A stretch of DNA of 64,000 nt, taken from positions 3,894-67,893 of the forward strand of contig CAJBSZ010000101.1 of the NCBI GenBank assembly GCA_903958395.1. Reading direction: 5' to 3'. The notes beneath the pieces were generated by a model. It was not told the origin of the DNA. It made no database searches and saw only the letters and a program-made list of their open reading frames with translations. A program made the translations under genes and the position numbers. Below are positions 1 through 9,355 of this stretch, piece by piece; position 1 is the stretch's first letter; each line of letters opens with the position of its first letter. The DNA comes from an uncultured bacterium (GTDB lineage Bacteria; Verrucomicrobiota; Kiritimatiellia; CAIKKV01; CAITUY01).

Positions 1-2
1 TT

Positions 3-416
3 ACGCCTGGAGCCGGGTATGTCGATCTGTCGGGCGCAGTCTGGATCGGCCTGTTTTCGGGAATCATTTGCTGGCTTGCGGTGACGGCACTCAAGGCAAA
101 ATACCAGTATGATGACTCGCTGGATGCCTTCGGGGTTCACGGCGTGGGCGGCATCTGGGGGACCCTGGCGGTGGGGATCTGGGGAACCAAGGCGGTGAAT
201 CTGGCGGGGGTGGACGGACTGATCCATGGCAATCCGATTCAGCTCTTGATTCAAACCAAGGCAGTCGTGATCACCATGCTCTACTCCTTTATTGTGTCGT
301 TGGTACTGTTCAAGGTTGTGGATTTCGTGTTAGGACTTCGCGTGAATGAACATGAGGAGGCCATCGGACTGGATTTGACCCAGCACCGCGAGGCCGGATA
401 TACCCTGTTGGATTAG
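3..416 (+). CDS. amtB: Ammonium transporter, C-terminal part (5' end lies outside the window)
   Basis: Frame is open from the window edge (TPGAGYVD...); DDSLDAFGVHGVGGIWG and GLDLTQHREAGY are Amt signatures; followed by a PII gene. Confidence 0.95.
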   Translation, partial: TPGAGYVDLSGAVWIGLFSGIICWLAVTALKAKYQYDDSLDAFGVHGVGGIWGTLAVGIWGTKAVNLAGVDGLIHGNPIQLLIQTKAVVITMLYSFIVSLVLFKVVDFVLGLRVNEHEEAIGLDLTQHREAGYTLLD

Positions 417-427
417 GAGAAACCATC

Positions 428-769
428 ATGAAGTATCTTGTTGCCATTATTCAGCCCGACCGGCTTGATGAAGTGTTGAATCTGCTGACCAAGAAGGAAA
501 TTCATCTCGTTACGGTCAGTAATGTGGTCGGCCGCGGCAGGCAGAAGGGAATTGCCGAGGTGTACCGGAGTCACCGCGAAGCGGGCACGCTGCTCAAAAA
601 GGTGAAGCTTGAAATTGCCGTCAACGATGAGTTCCTTCAGCAGGCCATGGACGCGATTGTCGAGGGTGCCCGTACCGGACAAACAGGGGATGGTAAGATT
701 TTTGTATTCGACATGCAGGACTGCATGAGAATCAGAACCGGGGAAACCGGGCCGGTCGCGATCGGCTGA
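428..769 (+). CDS. glnK: PII nitrogen regulatory protein
   Basis: GRGRQKG, KVKLEI, TGQTGDGKIFV and RIRTGE motifs; AGGAGA RBS; directly downstream of amtB. Confidence 0.95.
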   Translation: MKYLVAIIQPDRLDEVLNLLTKKEIHLVTVSNVVGRGRQKGIAEVYRSHREAGTLLKKVKLEIAVNDEFLQQAMDAIVEGARTGQTGDGKIFVFDMQDCMRIRTGETGPVAIG

Positions 770-776
770 CAACGAC

Positions 777-1577
777 TTAGCCCGCGAATTTCCGGAGATA
801 TTTTACAGACACTGTAAAATCCTTCGGCCAGGGAGCTTCCAGGAGAATCGGAAGTCCGGTTGTCGGGTGGACGATTTCAAGTCGTTCCGCATGCAGGGCG
901 GGACGCGCCATCAAGGGGCGCTCACCTTCCGGCTTCATCCGGTAATCACGCTTGAGCTGTGACAGCAAAAGCGGAAACCCGTTGCCATAGTCCGTATCCG
1001 CAACCAGCGGGCACCCGATTTCCTTCAGATGCGCCCGGATCTGATGAAATCGTCCCGTCAACGGCTCAACTTTGATCAGGGAATACTTTTTAAACGATTC
1101 CACCCGGGTGAATCGTGTGATGGCTGATTTCCCGCGGCCACGGTCTACAGTCATAAGCTCAGGACGGGCCAGATTGGGGGCCAGGGGAAGATTAACTTCT
1201 ACTTCAGGTTGTGGAAGGGATCCACACACCAGGGCCAGGTAAGTCATCTTCGGATGCCGGTCATGAAACTGCCGGGCCAGATTGATGAGAACCGGCTTGC
1301 TCCGGGCCATCAGCACGATGCCGCTGGTTCCCGCATCAAGGCGATGGACATTCGTTACGTAGTGAAGGTCATGTTGCCGTGCCCAGGTCCGCTGAAGCTT
1401 GATTCCCGAGTGAATCAAGCCCATCAGGTTCTCGGGTGACTTGTCCCGGAGATCAGGCGCCACCAGGAGCCCCGCAGGCTTGTTGACAGCCAGGATGTCC
1501 GCGTCCTCTTCCAGAATCTCGACTTCAGGCCAGAGGGTGCTGAGGCGCAATAATTTTTCGTTGGGAATCTTTTTCAT
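777..1577 (-). CDS. RluA-family pseudouridine synthase
   Basis: VNKPAGLLV, HRLDAGTSG, TGRFHQIRAH and LHAERL motifs. Confidence 0.93.
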   Translation of the reverse strand: MKKIPNEKLLRLSTLWPEVEILEEDADILAVNKPAGLLVAPDLRDKSPENLMGLIHSGIKLQRTWARQHDLHYVTNVHRLDAGTSGIVLMARSKPVLINLARQFHDRHPKMTYLALVCGSLPQPEVEVNLPLAPNLARPELMTVDRGRGKSAITRFTRVESFKKYSLIKVEPLTGRFHQIRAHLKEIGCPLVADTDYGNGFPLLLSQLKRDYRMKPEGERPLMARPALHAERLEIVHPTTGLPILLEAPWPKDFTVSVKYLRKFAG

Positions 1578-1599
1578 GGGTGAACAAGGTCGGAGAGGA

Positions 1600-1989
1600 T
1601 CATGTTTGAGCCGGCTTGATCTTCACGATGCAGTCGGTGAGATCCTGAACCCGGAAAGGCTTGGGAAGCACATCCTTGAAGCCATGTGATTGATAAGACA
1701 AAAGCATATTATCCAGAGACGAACCGCTGGCCATGATGGCGTAGACATTAGGATCCAGAATGCGCAATTTCTTGAGGGTTTCCAGCCCGCCCATTCCACT
1801 CTGAACGGTCAGGTCAAGAATGACAGCCAAATAGGGGGTATTCTCCTTGAGGGCTTTTTCGAAGCACGTAAGGGCCTCGTCTCCGCACGATGTGGTATCG
1901 ACATCATAGCCAAGCCGGTTCAACAAGAGCGTACAGATCTTGCAGATCGAGACATCATCGTCCATGACTAGGATTTTTGGCTTCATCAA
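1600..1989 (-). CDS. Single-domain response regulator (receiver only)
   Basis: ILVMDDD, ILDLT (phosphoacceptor Asp), ASG and KPF motifs; start is TTG 1989 or ATG 1986. Confidence 0.9.
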   Translation of the reverse strand: MMKPKILVMDDDVSICKICTLLLNRLGYDVDTTSCGDEALTCFEKALKENTPYLAVILDLTVQSGMGGLETLKKLRILDPNVYAIMASGSSLDNMLLSYQSHGFKDVLPKPFRVQDLTDCIVKIKPAQT

Positions 1990-1995
1990 GGTGCC

Positions 1996-2024
1996 AACAT
2001 AACACAGGAGTTCGGGGTTGTCGA
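1996..2024 (-). promoter_or_regulatory. Putative sigma70 promoter of the response regulator
   Basis: TCGACA-17 nt-TATGTT on the minus strand, 6 nt before TTG 1989. Confidence 0.5.
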
Positions 2025-2043
2025 AGCGTAATTCAGTCCACTT

Positions 2044-2072
2044 TTGACGAATCCTGAAATTTCACATAAAGT
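2044..2072 (+). promoter_or_regulatory. Putative sigma70 promoter of the radical SAM gene (leaderless geometry)
   Basis: TTGACG-17 nt-TAAAGT, 6 nt before ATG 2079. Confidence 0.55.
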
Positions 2073-2078
2073 CACGGC

Positions 2079-3737
2079 ATGACGAAGATCGTGTTCCTTG
2101 CCGCCAACTGTTCCTACTCCCATGCCAGCCTTGCGGCCTGGTGTCTCCGTGCGGCTGTGAATCCTGGAGAAGGGGAGTGGCAGACCCTTGAGGTCACGAT
2201 CAAGGACGATCCGGATATCGTGGCCGGGCGGATTGTGGCGGCCCAGCCAGATATTTTGGCGGCTACGCTCTATTTGTTCAATCGTCAATTTGTCTCAGGC
2301 GTTCTCGAGAAGGTCAAGGCACTGCACGGGCGCGAACGTCCCCGGTATATCGTCGGTGGGCCGGAGTGTCTGGGGAATAACCAGTTCTTGGTTCAACCCG
2401 ATGGCGTGGCCGATGTCGCGGTTCGCGGGGAGGGAGAACAGGCTTTCCCCGCCTTTCTGGATGCCGTGAAGGAGGGGTCAGCCTGGTGGACGATCCCCGG
2501 AATTTGCACCACCCGGGATGGTGTGTATCGCGATAATGGTGTGGCGAACGTGTTAGAGGATCTCGACAGTATCCCGCCTTTCTATCACCGGGAACTGGCT
2601 GGATTCACCCGGCCCTTTGTCCAGTTGGAAACGTCACGGGGATGCGGGAATGGCTGTCTTTTTTGCACCAGTCGAAAGTCCGGCACAAGAGTCCATTCCC
2701 TCGCCCGCGTTCGAGGCGATTTGCGGGACATTGAAAGGGCCGGGATTCCGGAGATCCGGGTGGTGGATCGGACTTTTAATGAAGATGCGGCGCGGGCGGT
2801 GGCGCTTGTTGAAATCTTCCGGGATGAATTTCCCGGCCTTCGATTTCATCTCGAGATTGATCCCGCACGGGTTAGTGGGGCTCTTTCGAACGAGTTGGCA
2901 AAGGCGGCGCCGGGCCAGTTCCATATCGAGGCGGGAATCCAAAGCTTGAGCCCGGTGGTGTATTCAGCCATTGAGCGGCAGGCAACGGTGACCCGGACTG
3001 TGGGCGGTTTGGCAAAACTCTGCGCCTTGAAACCGGTTGAAGTTCATGTGGATCTGATTGCCGGTCTTCCCGGAGGAACCGTAAAAGACCTTCTGAATGA
3101 CCTGAATGCCCTCATCGGCCTGGAGCCTGAAGAGATCCAGTTGGAGCGATTGAAGCTCCTGCCTGGCACTCCGCTTGCCGAGTCCCCGGAACGCTGGGGC
3201 TTGGTGGCCATGTCAACGCCGCCCTATGCCATTTTGAGTACGCCGCAAATGACGAAGGCGGATTTGAAGCAAGCCGATCATCTATCAAAAATTCTGGACT
3301 GGTTCTATAATGTCGAGTCGTTACGTGACCTGATGGTGGCCGCAGTAGGAACCTCCAGTAATTGGCTTGAAAATTTCGTGTCATGGGTGGAGGTTCGGAC
3401 AGGATTCGGGTTATGCCCGAATCTCGAGGATCGTTTCAAGGTCTTGGCGGAGTATCTTGCCGCCCAACAGGATGGGGCACAATCCGATCTTATAAACCGT
3501 CTCCATTATCGGTGGTATCGCCTGGGCTTTAGCGTCAGGCAGGGTCCCTGCCGCGCGGCGCAATGGAAAAGGGCGATTCCTGATACCGCGTCGATTCTTG
3601 AAGGGGATCCCGGGGTTAGAGTCTCGCGAATCTGGCGTGTGGAACTGGAAACGACTCATCTCTTCTGTTATGGTACCGGAAAAAGAGGAGAGCGCGCCGT
3701 TGTGGCAATTTATCGTCTTGATGAGGACGCATCATGA
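2079..3737 (+). CDS. B12-binding-domain radical SAM protein (DUF4080-type)
   Basis: N-terminal B12-binding-like region (VGGPE, RGEGE); ETSRGCGNGCLFC is the CxxxCxxC motif; HVDLIAGLPG. Confidence 0.88.
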   Translation: MTKIVFLAANCSYSHASLAAWCLRAAVNPGEGEWQTLEVTIKDDPDIVAGRIVAAQPDILAATLYLFNRQFVSGVLEKVKALHGRERPRYIVGGPECLGNNQFLVQPDGVADVAVRGEGEQAFPAFLDAVKEGSAWWTIPGICTTRDGVYRDNGVANVLEDLDSIPPFYHRELAGFTRPFVQLETSRGCGNGCLFCTSRKSGTRVHSLARVRGDLRDIERAGIPEIRVVDRTFNEDAARAVALVEIFRDEFPGLRFHLEIDPARVSGALSNELAKAAPGQFHIEAGIQSLSPVVYSAIERQATVTRTVGGLAKLCALKPVEVHVDLIAGLPGGTVKDLLNDLNALIGLEPEEIQLERLKLLPGTPLAESPERWGLVAMSTPPYAILSTPQMTKADLKQADHLSKILDWFYNVESLRDLMVAAVGTSSNWLENFVSWVEVRTGFGLCPNLEDRFKVLAEYLAAQQDGAQSDLINRLHYRWYRLGFSVRQGPCRAAQWKRAIPDTASILEGDPGVRVSRIWRVELETTHLFCYGTGKRGERAVVAIYRLDEDAS

Positions 3738-4516
3738 AGACTCAGATATTCTACTTTTCGAGCACGGGAAATTCACTTTGCGTTGCGCGCGATATCGCGC
3801 AGGCCATTGGCGGCGAGGTAGAACTCAGTGCGATTCCTCGCGCGCTCAAGACCCCAGTCCCAGTGACAGCGTCCGCGATCGGGATCGTCTTTCCTGTTTA
3901 CATCTGGGGTTTGCCCGCCATCGTGAGGCGGTTTGTGGAACAACTTGATATTCCGCCTTCAACCTATATTTTTTCTGTAGCAACCTGCGACGGGAATGCG
4001 GCGGGAACGATGCTTCAATTGAGGGAACTGCTGGAGAGGAGCGGGCATGTTTTAGCCTTGGGTAAAATCATCCGGATGCCGGGCAACTATATTTTGATGT
4101 ACGGTGCGGAACCCAAGTGGTGGCAGAAAAGGCGGTTTGCAAAGGCAAAGAGTGCCGTTCAGCGGATTGCCCCTCTCATTGCCGCCCGGAAGCCCGGAAA
4201 GGTGGACTGCGGGACATGGCTGGGTCGACTGCTTCTATCCAAATTTATCTACAACGGGGGAATGAAGCAGATTCAGACCACCGACATCAAGTTCCGGTCC
4301 ACGGAGCCCTGTAACGGGTGCGGCCTTTGTGTCAAGGTGTGTCCCGTTCGTAATGTTGCTCTTCACGAAGGTCGTCCCCGTTGGCTGCACCACTGTGAAC
4401 ACTGTCTGGCGTGCCTCCAGTGGTGTCCGCAGGGAGCCATCGAGTTTGGTAAAATCACTGAAGGCCGGGGCCGCTATCATCACCCCGAGTGTTCGGCGTC
4501 TGACTTCATGTTTTGA
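3734..4516 (+). CDS. EFR1-family flavodoxin-ferredoxin fusion protein
   Basis: FYFSSTGNS flavodoxin loop; CNGCGLCVKVCP and CEHCLACLQWCP; ATGA overlap with the radical SAM gene. Confidence 0.88.
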   Translation: MKTQIFYFSSTGNSLCVARDIAQAIGGEVELSAIPRALKTPVPVTASAIGIVFPVYIWGLPAIVRRFVEQLDIPPSTYIFSVATCDGNAAGTMLQLRELLERSGHVLALGKIIRMPGNYILMYGAEPKWWQKRRFAKAKSAVQRIAPLIAARKPGKVDCGTWLGRLLLSKFIYNGGMKQIQTTDIKFRSTEPCNGCGLCVKVCPVRNVALHEGRPRWLHHCEHCLACLQWCPQGAIEFGKITEGRGRYHHPECSASDFMF

Positions 4517-4571
4517 AAAGCAGGGCTTTAACGGATTGATCTGGGGGAGTGCTTCGGGTACGGTCTGCGTC

Positions 4572-5789
4572 ATGGATACAGTTTTCATCATTTTATCAGT
4601 GGTCCTTTCGGCTATTTCAGTGGGGTGGTTTCTCGGGCGCCGGAAAGAGTCCGTGGAAGGCGGGCCACTTCAGGCCCGGTTTGATTCCATGGAGAAGGCC
4701 TTGGATCGCAACGAACGTCTCGTTCGGGAGGAAATGGAGCGGAACCGTTCCGAAATGACCCGCCAGATCGGCCTCCTGACCCAGTCCAATGAACAGAAAA
4801 TCGAGCAGTTGCGTCAAAGTGTTTCCGGCGGACTCCAGCAAATCCAGGAGGACAACGCCCGCAAGCTGGACCAGATGCGCCAGACGGTGGACGAGAAACT
4901 CCAAGGCACATTAGAGAGAAGGCTTGGGGAGTCCTTTCGATTGGTCAGCGAGCGGTTGGAACTGGTTCAAAAAGGGTTGGGTGAGATGCAGGAATTGGCC
5001 AACGGGGTGGGGGATCTCAAGCGGGTTCTGACCAATGTGAAAACGCGGGGCACCTGGGGCGAAATCCAGTTGGGAGCCCTGCTGGAGCAGATTTTGACCC
5101 AGGAGCAATATGCGACCAATGTCGCTCCCAAGCCGGGCTCTTCCGAGCGGGTTGAGTTTGCGATTCGGCTGCCCGGGCGCGATGAGCTGGAAGGCTCCTC
5201 CGTCTGGATTCCCCTGGATGCCAAGTTTCCGAAGGAGGACTACGAGCGTCTGCTGATTGCCCAGGAGAAAGCGGATCCTATTCTGGCGGAAGAGGCGGCC
5301 AAGCGGTTGGAGGAACAGATCCGGAAATGCGGCCGGGATATTCGCGACAAGTATATCAGCCCGCCCCACACGACCGATTTTGCCATTCTCTACCTTCCCA
5401 TTGAGGGTCTCTATGCCGAGGTGATCCGGCGCACGGGTCTCATGGAGTCACTGCAACAAACCTGCCGGGTTGTCGTGGCCGGGCCCACAACGCTGGCGGC
5501 CTTGTTGAATGCACTCCAGATGGGTTTCCGCACGCTGGCAATTCAAAAACGGTCAAGCGAAGTCTGGAAATTGCTGGGAGCCGTGAAGCTTGAATTCACA
5601 CGGTTTACAGACCATCTCGATGCCGTGCAGAAGAAATTGCACCAGGCCTCGGATTCCATCGAGGATGCCACCCGCAAGTCCCGTCAGATCCAGCGCCGCC
5701 TCAAGGATGTTCAGGACCTCCCCGCTTCTGAAGTCCCCGCCTTGCTGGGGGGCGACCCCAATGAGCCTCTTCAAGTTCCTGAGCCCTGA
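4572..5789 (+). CDS. rmuC: DNA recombination protein RmuC
   Basis: N-terminal TM, coiled coil, KTRGTWGEIQL, PLDAKFP and TTDFAILYLP motifs; ATG 4572 chosen as start. Confidence 0.93.
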   Translation: MDTVFIILSVVLSAISVGWFLGRRKESVEGGPLQARFDSMEKALDRNERLVREEMERNRSEMTRQIGLLTQSNEQKIEQLRQSVSGGLQQIQEDNARKLDQMRQTVDEKLQGTLERRLGESFRLVSERLELVQKGLGEMQELANGVGDLKRVLTNVKTRGTWGEIQLGALLEQILTQEQYATNVAPKPGSSERVEFAIRLPGRDELEGSSVWIPLDAKFPKEDYERLLIAQEKADPILAEEAAKRLEEQIRKCGRDIRDKYISPPHTTDFAILYLPIEGLYAEVIRRTGLMESLQQTCRVVVAGPTTLAALLNALQMGFRTLAIQKRSSEVWKLLGAVKLEFTRFTDHLDAVQKKLHQASDSIEDATRKSRQIQRRLKDVQDLPASEVPALLGGDPNEPLQVPEP

Positions 5790-5818
5790 ACCCTTTCGTT
5801 GCGTTCCCCTCCCCGGAG

Positions 5819-5847
5819 TTGACATCCCTGATGGCTTGCTCTATGGT
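5819..5847 (+). promoter_or_regulatory. sigma70 promoter of tRNA-Lys
   Basis: TTGACA-17 nt-TATGGT, 17 nt upstream of the tRNA. Confidence 0.7.
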
Positions 5848-5864
5848 GTGCCGACTTTTTTCAC

Positions 5865-5940
5865 AGGCCGTTAGCTCAGTTGGTAGAGCACGACACTTTT
5901 AATGTTGGGGTCGTGGGTTCGAGTCCCACACGGCCTACCA
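5865..5940 (+). tRNA. tRNA-Lys (anticodon TTT)
   Basis: Acceptor stem AGGCCGT/ACGGCCT, D-arm AGCTCAGTTGGTAGAGC, anticodon loop CTTTTAA, T-loop GTTCGAG, encoded CCA; 76 nt. Confidence 0.97.
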
Positions 5941-6017
5941 TCCTTCGCTCTGTACCCCTTCCGTTGGTCGGGGTTTGAGCTTCGGAAGGGCTTCGACCAT
6001 ACGGAAAGGACAGTACC

Positions 6018-6896
6018 ATGAAACTAGGCATCATTGGCGGCAGCGGATTGTACCAACTGGAAGGCCTTGAAAATGTCAGCGAGGTTACCCTCCAGACACC
6101 CTTCGGAAATCCATCGGATGCCTACATTCAGGGAACGCTCAGCGGAGTGGATGTTTATTTTCTTCCCCGGCATGGGCGCGGGCATCGCGTTCTTCCCTCG
6201 GAGATCAACCACAAGGCGAATATCTGGGGATTTAAGAAGCTGGGAGTGGACCGGGTCATCTCCGTGAGTGCTGTGGGGAGTCTTCGTGAGGGAATACGCC
6301 CCCGGGACATTGTCCTCCCTGATCAGTATTTTGATCGGACAAAAGGTTCATTAAACCACACTTTTTTCGGAAACGGAATTGTCGGGCATGTGTCATTCGG
6401 CGATCCAACGTGCAAGGATTTGCGCAACACCATGGCCGGGATTGTTGCGGAGACGGTGCGGGATTTGAAACTGGACGGAGTCGTCCGGCTTCACAAGGAT
6501 GGTACGTATGTGAACATGGAGGGGCCCGCCTTCTCCACCCGCGCGGAATCGAATGTCTACCGCGGGATGGGTTTCGATATCATCGGAATGACAAGCCTTC
6601 CTGAGGCGAAACTTTGCCGGGAGGCAGAGTTGTGCTACCAGTCCATCGCCATGGCAACGGATTACGACTGCTGGCGTGTCAGCGAGGAGGAAGTCTCCGT
6701 TGAAATGGTTATCGCGACCCTTACCGCCAATGCCAATTTGGTCAAGGAAATCATCCGCCGCCTGGTTCCCGCGTTACCCGTGACTCGGGATTGCTCCTGC
6801 CAGCATGCGTTGAAGTTCGCCATCATGACGGACATGAAATGCGTGCCGCCGGCGACGCTGGAAGCCTTGTCCCCGATGCTGGTGAAATATCGGTGA
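6018..6896 (+). CDS. mtnP: S-methyl-5'-thioadenosine phosphorylase
   Basis: GIIGGSGLY, PRHGRGH, EGPAFSTRAES, GMTSLPEAKLCRE and TDYDCW motifs. Confidence 0.95.
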   Translation: MKLGIIGGSGLYQLEGLENVSEVTLQTPFGNPSDAYIQGTLSGVDVYFLPRHGRGHRVLPSEINHKANIWGFKKLGVDRVISVSAVGSLREGIRPRDIVLPDQYFDRTKGSLNHTFFGNGIVGHVSFGDPTCKDLRNTMAGIVAETVRDLKLDGVVRLHKDGTYVNMEGPAFSTRAESNVYRGMGFDIIGMTSLPEAKLCREAELCYQSIAMATDYDCWRVSEEEVSVEMVIATLTANANLVKEIIRRLVPALPVTRDCSCQHALKFAIMTDMKCVPPATLEALSPMLVKYR

Positions 6897-7633
6897 GATG
6901 GGGGCTCGACAGACTCCGGCATCTGGATCCGGGTTCTCTACTGGATCTACTCTGGCCCCGCACCTGTGAAGCCTGCGGGAAGCCTGCCGGGGCTGCCGCG
7001 AAGTATCTGTGCTGGGACTGCCTGGCCGCCTTGCCGGTGATTGAAGCTCCGTTCTGCTCCCGGTGTGGAGATCCGGTTGAGGGCGAAATCACACGGGATT
7101 ACATCTGTTCATTCTGCGTTGACCGGCCCCCGGCGTTTGACCAGGCTCGTTCTGCCGTCCGGTTCCGCGCTTCTGTCAAGGATGTGCTTCACCGGTTTAA
7201 ATATTCCCATGCCACTTTCCTGGACAAGGATCTTGCCACCCTGTTGCACGCCTGTGTGCGGACTCATTACAGTCATGAACGATTTGACGCCATCACATTT
7301 GTTCCGTTGCATCCGGCAAAGGAGCGGGCACGTACCTATAACCAAGCGCGGCTCCTCGCCGGGCGGTTGGCTGGAATGATGGACATCCCCCTGGCGCGGG
7401 GCTGTCTGGCGCGGGCACGGGAAACGGGGACTCAGACTCACCTCAGCATGCGGGACCGGGCAAGAAACATGGCCGGCGCCTTTGAGGCGCGCTGCCCGGA
7501 CTGGATTAAGGGCCGGAATTTTCTTCTCGTCGATGATGTCATGACCACCGGGGCGACTGTGAACGAGATCAGCCGGACCTTGAAGGACGCTGGCGCATCC
7601 AGAGTGTGCGTCGTCACCGTGGCGAGAGGGTAG
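6893..7633 (+). CDS. comF: ComF-family protein (double zinc ribbon plus phosphoribosyltransferase domain)
   Basis: CEAC, CWDC, CSRC and CSFC pairs; LLVDDVMTTGAT PRT loop; GTG start overlaps the mtnP stop. Confidence 0.88.
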   Translation: MRWGLDRLRHLDPGSLLDLLWPRTCEACGKPAGAAAKYLCWDCLAALPVIEAPFCSRCGDPVEGEITRDYICSFCVDRPPAFDQARSAVRFRASVKDVLHRFKYSHATFLDKDLATLLHACVRTHYSHERFDAITFVPLHPAKERARTYNQARLLAGRLAGMMDIPLARGCLARARETGTQTHLSMRDRARNMAGAFEARCPDWIKGRNFLLVDDVMTTGATVNEISRTLKDAGASRVCVVTVARG

Positions 7634-7647
7634 GATTGAAAAATAAT

Positions 7648-7676
7648 TTGACGGAAGAAAACGCGCTGTATAGATT
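7648..7676 (+). promoter_or_regulatory. sigma70 promoter of tRNA-Glu
   Basis: TTGACG-17 nt-TAGATT with an AT-rich upstream tract. Confidence 0.65.
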
Positions 7677-7701
7677 ACGCGCCTTCTTTACGGGCCATTG
7701 T

Positions 7702-7776
7702 GCCCCCATCGTCTATCGGTTAGGACAGCAGGTTCTCAACCTGTTAAGAGGAGTTCGACTCTCCTTGGGGGTGCCA
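7702..7776 (+). tRNA. tRNA-Glu (anticodon CTC)
   Basis: Acceptor stem GCCCCCA/TGGGGGT, anticodon arm GCAGG-TTCTCAA-CCTGT, T-loop GTTCGAC, encoded CCA; 75 nt. Confidence 0.95.
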
Positions 7777-7789
7777 TTTCGCGCTTTGT

Positions 7790-9355
7790 TTACCGTACGG
7801 ATACTTCGCGGAAGGCGCCGTGCATTTCTTGGATGAGATCGGTTGCGGTCAGCGTGGCCTGGGAGCGCCGCCACATGACGTTGTCGCCGGATCGTCCATG
7901 AATGAAGACGGCGGAACAGGCGGCTTCAAAAGGATTCAGGCCCTGGGCCAGGAACCCCCCCATGATTCCGGCTAGTACATCACCCATGCCGCCGGACGCC
8001 ATGCCGGGATTGCCGGTCATATTGACGTGGATCGGCTTGCCGTCCTGCGCCACAATCGTTCCAGCTCCCTTCAGAACGACAATGGAACGGGTCAGGATGG
8101 CGGCTTTTAAGGCGGCGGCTTCCCGATCCTGTTGAATGGCTTCGATCGAGCAGCCCAGCAGTCGTGCCAGTTCGCCGGGGTGGGGGGTGATGATTACCGG
8201 GCAGGATGCCCCGGCAAGGCTCTCGGGATGGCCTTCCAGGACATTGAGGGCGTCGGCATCCAGCAGGAGCGGGCGACGACAGTCGGCCAGAAGGTTTCGC
8301 ACCCAGGTCGCAGTATCGGGATGACGCGTCATTCCCGGGCCGACCACGATGGCGCTGAAGTCATTGATCCGGTGTTTCCAGGTATCCCAGACACCCGCCT
8401 TCAGGGAGCCGGTTTCTGTTTCGTCGCCGGGATAGGTCATGACTTCAAGCGCCGCGTTGGCCACGACCGGATAAGTGGTACGGGGAACCAGCGCGCTGAC
8501 CAGCCCGGTTCCGGCATGCAGGGCCGCCAGGGCCGCCATCGCCGGGGCACCCGCATAACCGGTGGCACCTCCCACGATCAGGACATGACCGAATTCACCC
8601 TTGTGTGCCGTGCGGGCACGTTTCGGAAGATGACGCCGGACATCCCAGCCGCTGATGAGATGACGCGGTGAGGCGTAGTGGGCCGTCAACTCAACGGGAA
8701 TACCGATCCCGATCACATCCAGGCTTCCCACAAAGGGGATCGCCTTTTGCGTCAGTAACCCGACCTTTGGCATTCCAACGGTGACGGTGATGTCGGCCCG
8801 AACCGCCTCCCCAGGCGTTTCCCCGGTATCGGCATCAAGCCCGGACGGCACATCGATCGAGACAACCAGATTGTCCTCCCCAACCGTGTTGATGTAATGG
8901 ATGGCTCCGGCGATGGGGCCGCGCGGGGGGCCGTTGACCCCGATTCCAAGAACCCCATCGACGATAATCTCTCCGCTTCCGGTATCTCGAAGGGCGTCAT
9001 CCCATGATTCCTTGGTGGGGAGTTCGATCAGGGGAATCCCGGCGGCCCTCATTTTGCCCAGATGCCGGAGGGCATCGCCGCGGATATCCGATGCGGAGCC
9101 GGCGAGAAGCACCTCGACTTCAAAGTCGTCCTCATGCAGAAACAGGGCGGTGGCGAAGGCATCGCCCCCGTTATTGCCGCGTCCCGCAATAATCTGGATA
9201 AACACATCGCCGCCGCGAGCTTTGTCAGCCAGATACTCCACCGTGGAAGCCACACCCTGTCCCGCCCGCCGCATCAGGTCAAACCCCGGAATCTCAAATT
9301 CCGCCGAGGCAATTTTGTCGAGTTCCCGCATCTGGGCCGAGGTGATTGCCTTCAT
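7790..9355 (-). CDS. nnr: Bifunctional NAD(P)H-hydrate epimerase/dehydratase
   Basis: GRGNNGGD, DVPSG, HKGEFG, DADAL, TPHPGEL and GGMGDVLAG motifs. Confidence 0.95.
   Translation of the reverse strand: MKAITSAQMRELDKIASAEFEIPGFDLMRRAGQGVASTVEYLADKARGGDVFIQIIAGRGNNGGDAFATALFLHEDDFEVEVLLAGSASDIRGDALRHLGKMRAAGIPLIELPTKESWDDALRDTGSGEIIVDGVLGIGVNGPPRGPIAGAIHYINTVGEDNLVVSIDVPSGLDADTGETPGEAVRADITVTVGMPKVGLLTQKAIPFVGSLDVIGIGIPVELTAHYASPRHLISGWDVRRHLPKRARTAHKGEFGHVLIVGGATGYAGAPAMAALAALHAGTGLVSALVPRTTYPVVANAALEVMTYPGDETETGSLKAGVWDTWKHRINDFSAIVVGPGMTRHPDTATWVRNLLADCRRPLLLDADALNVLEGHPESLAGASCPVIITPHPGELARLLGCSIEAIQQDREAAALKAAILTRSIVVLKGAGTIVAQDGKPIHVNMTGNPGMASGGMGDVLAGIMGGFLAQGLNPFEAACSAVFIHGRSGDNVMWRRSQATLTATDLIQEMHGAFREVSVR

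Noticed and set aside
4329..4571. N-terminal extension of RmuC in the ORF track
   Set aside because: Overlaps the EFR1 gene; ATG 4572 gives the expected N-terminal TM
5865..7776. Genomic island integrated at tRNA-Lys or tRNA-Glu
   Set aside because: No integrase, no duplicated tRNA 3' end seen, and the flanking genes are housekeeping
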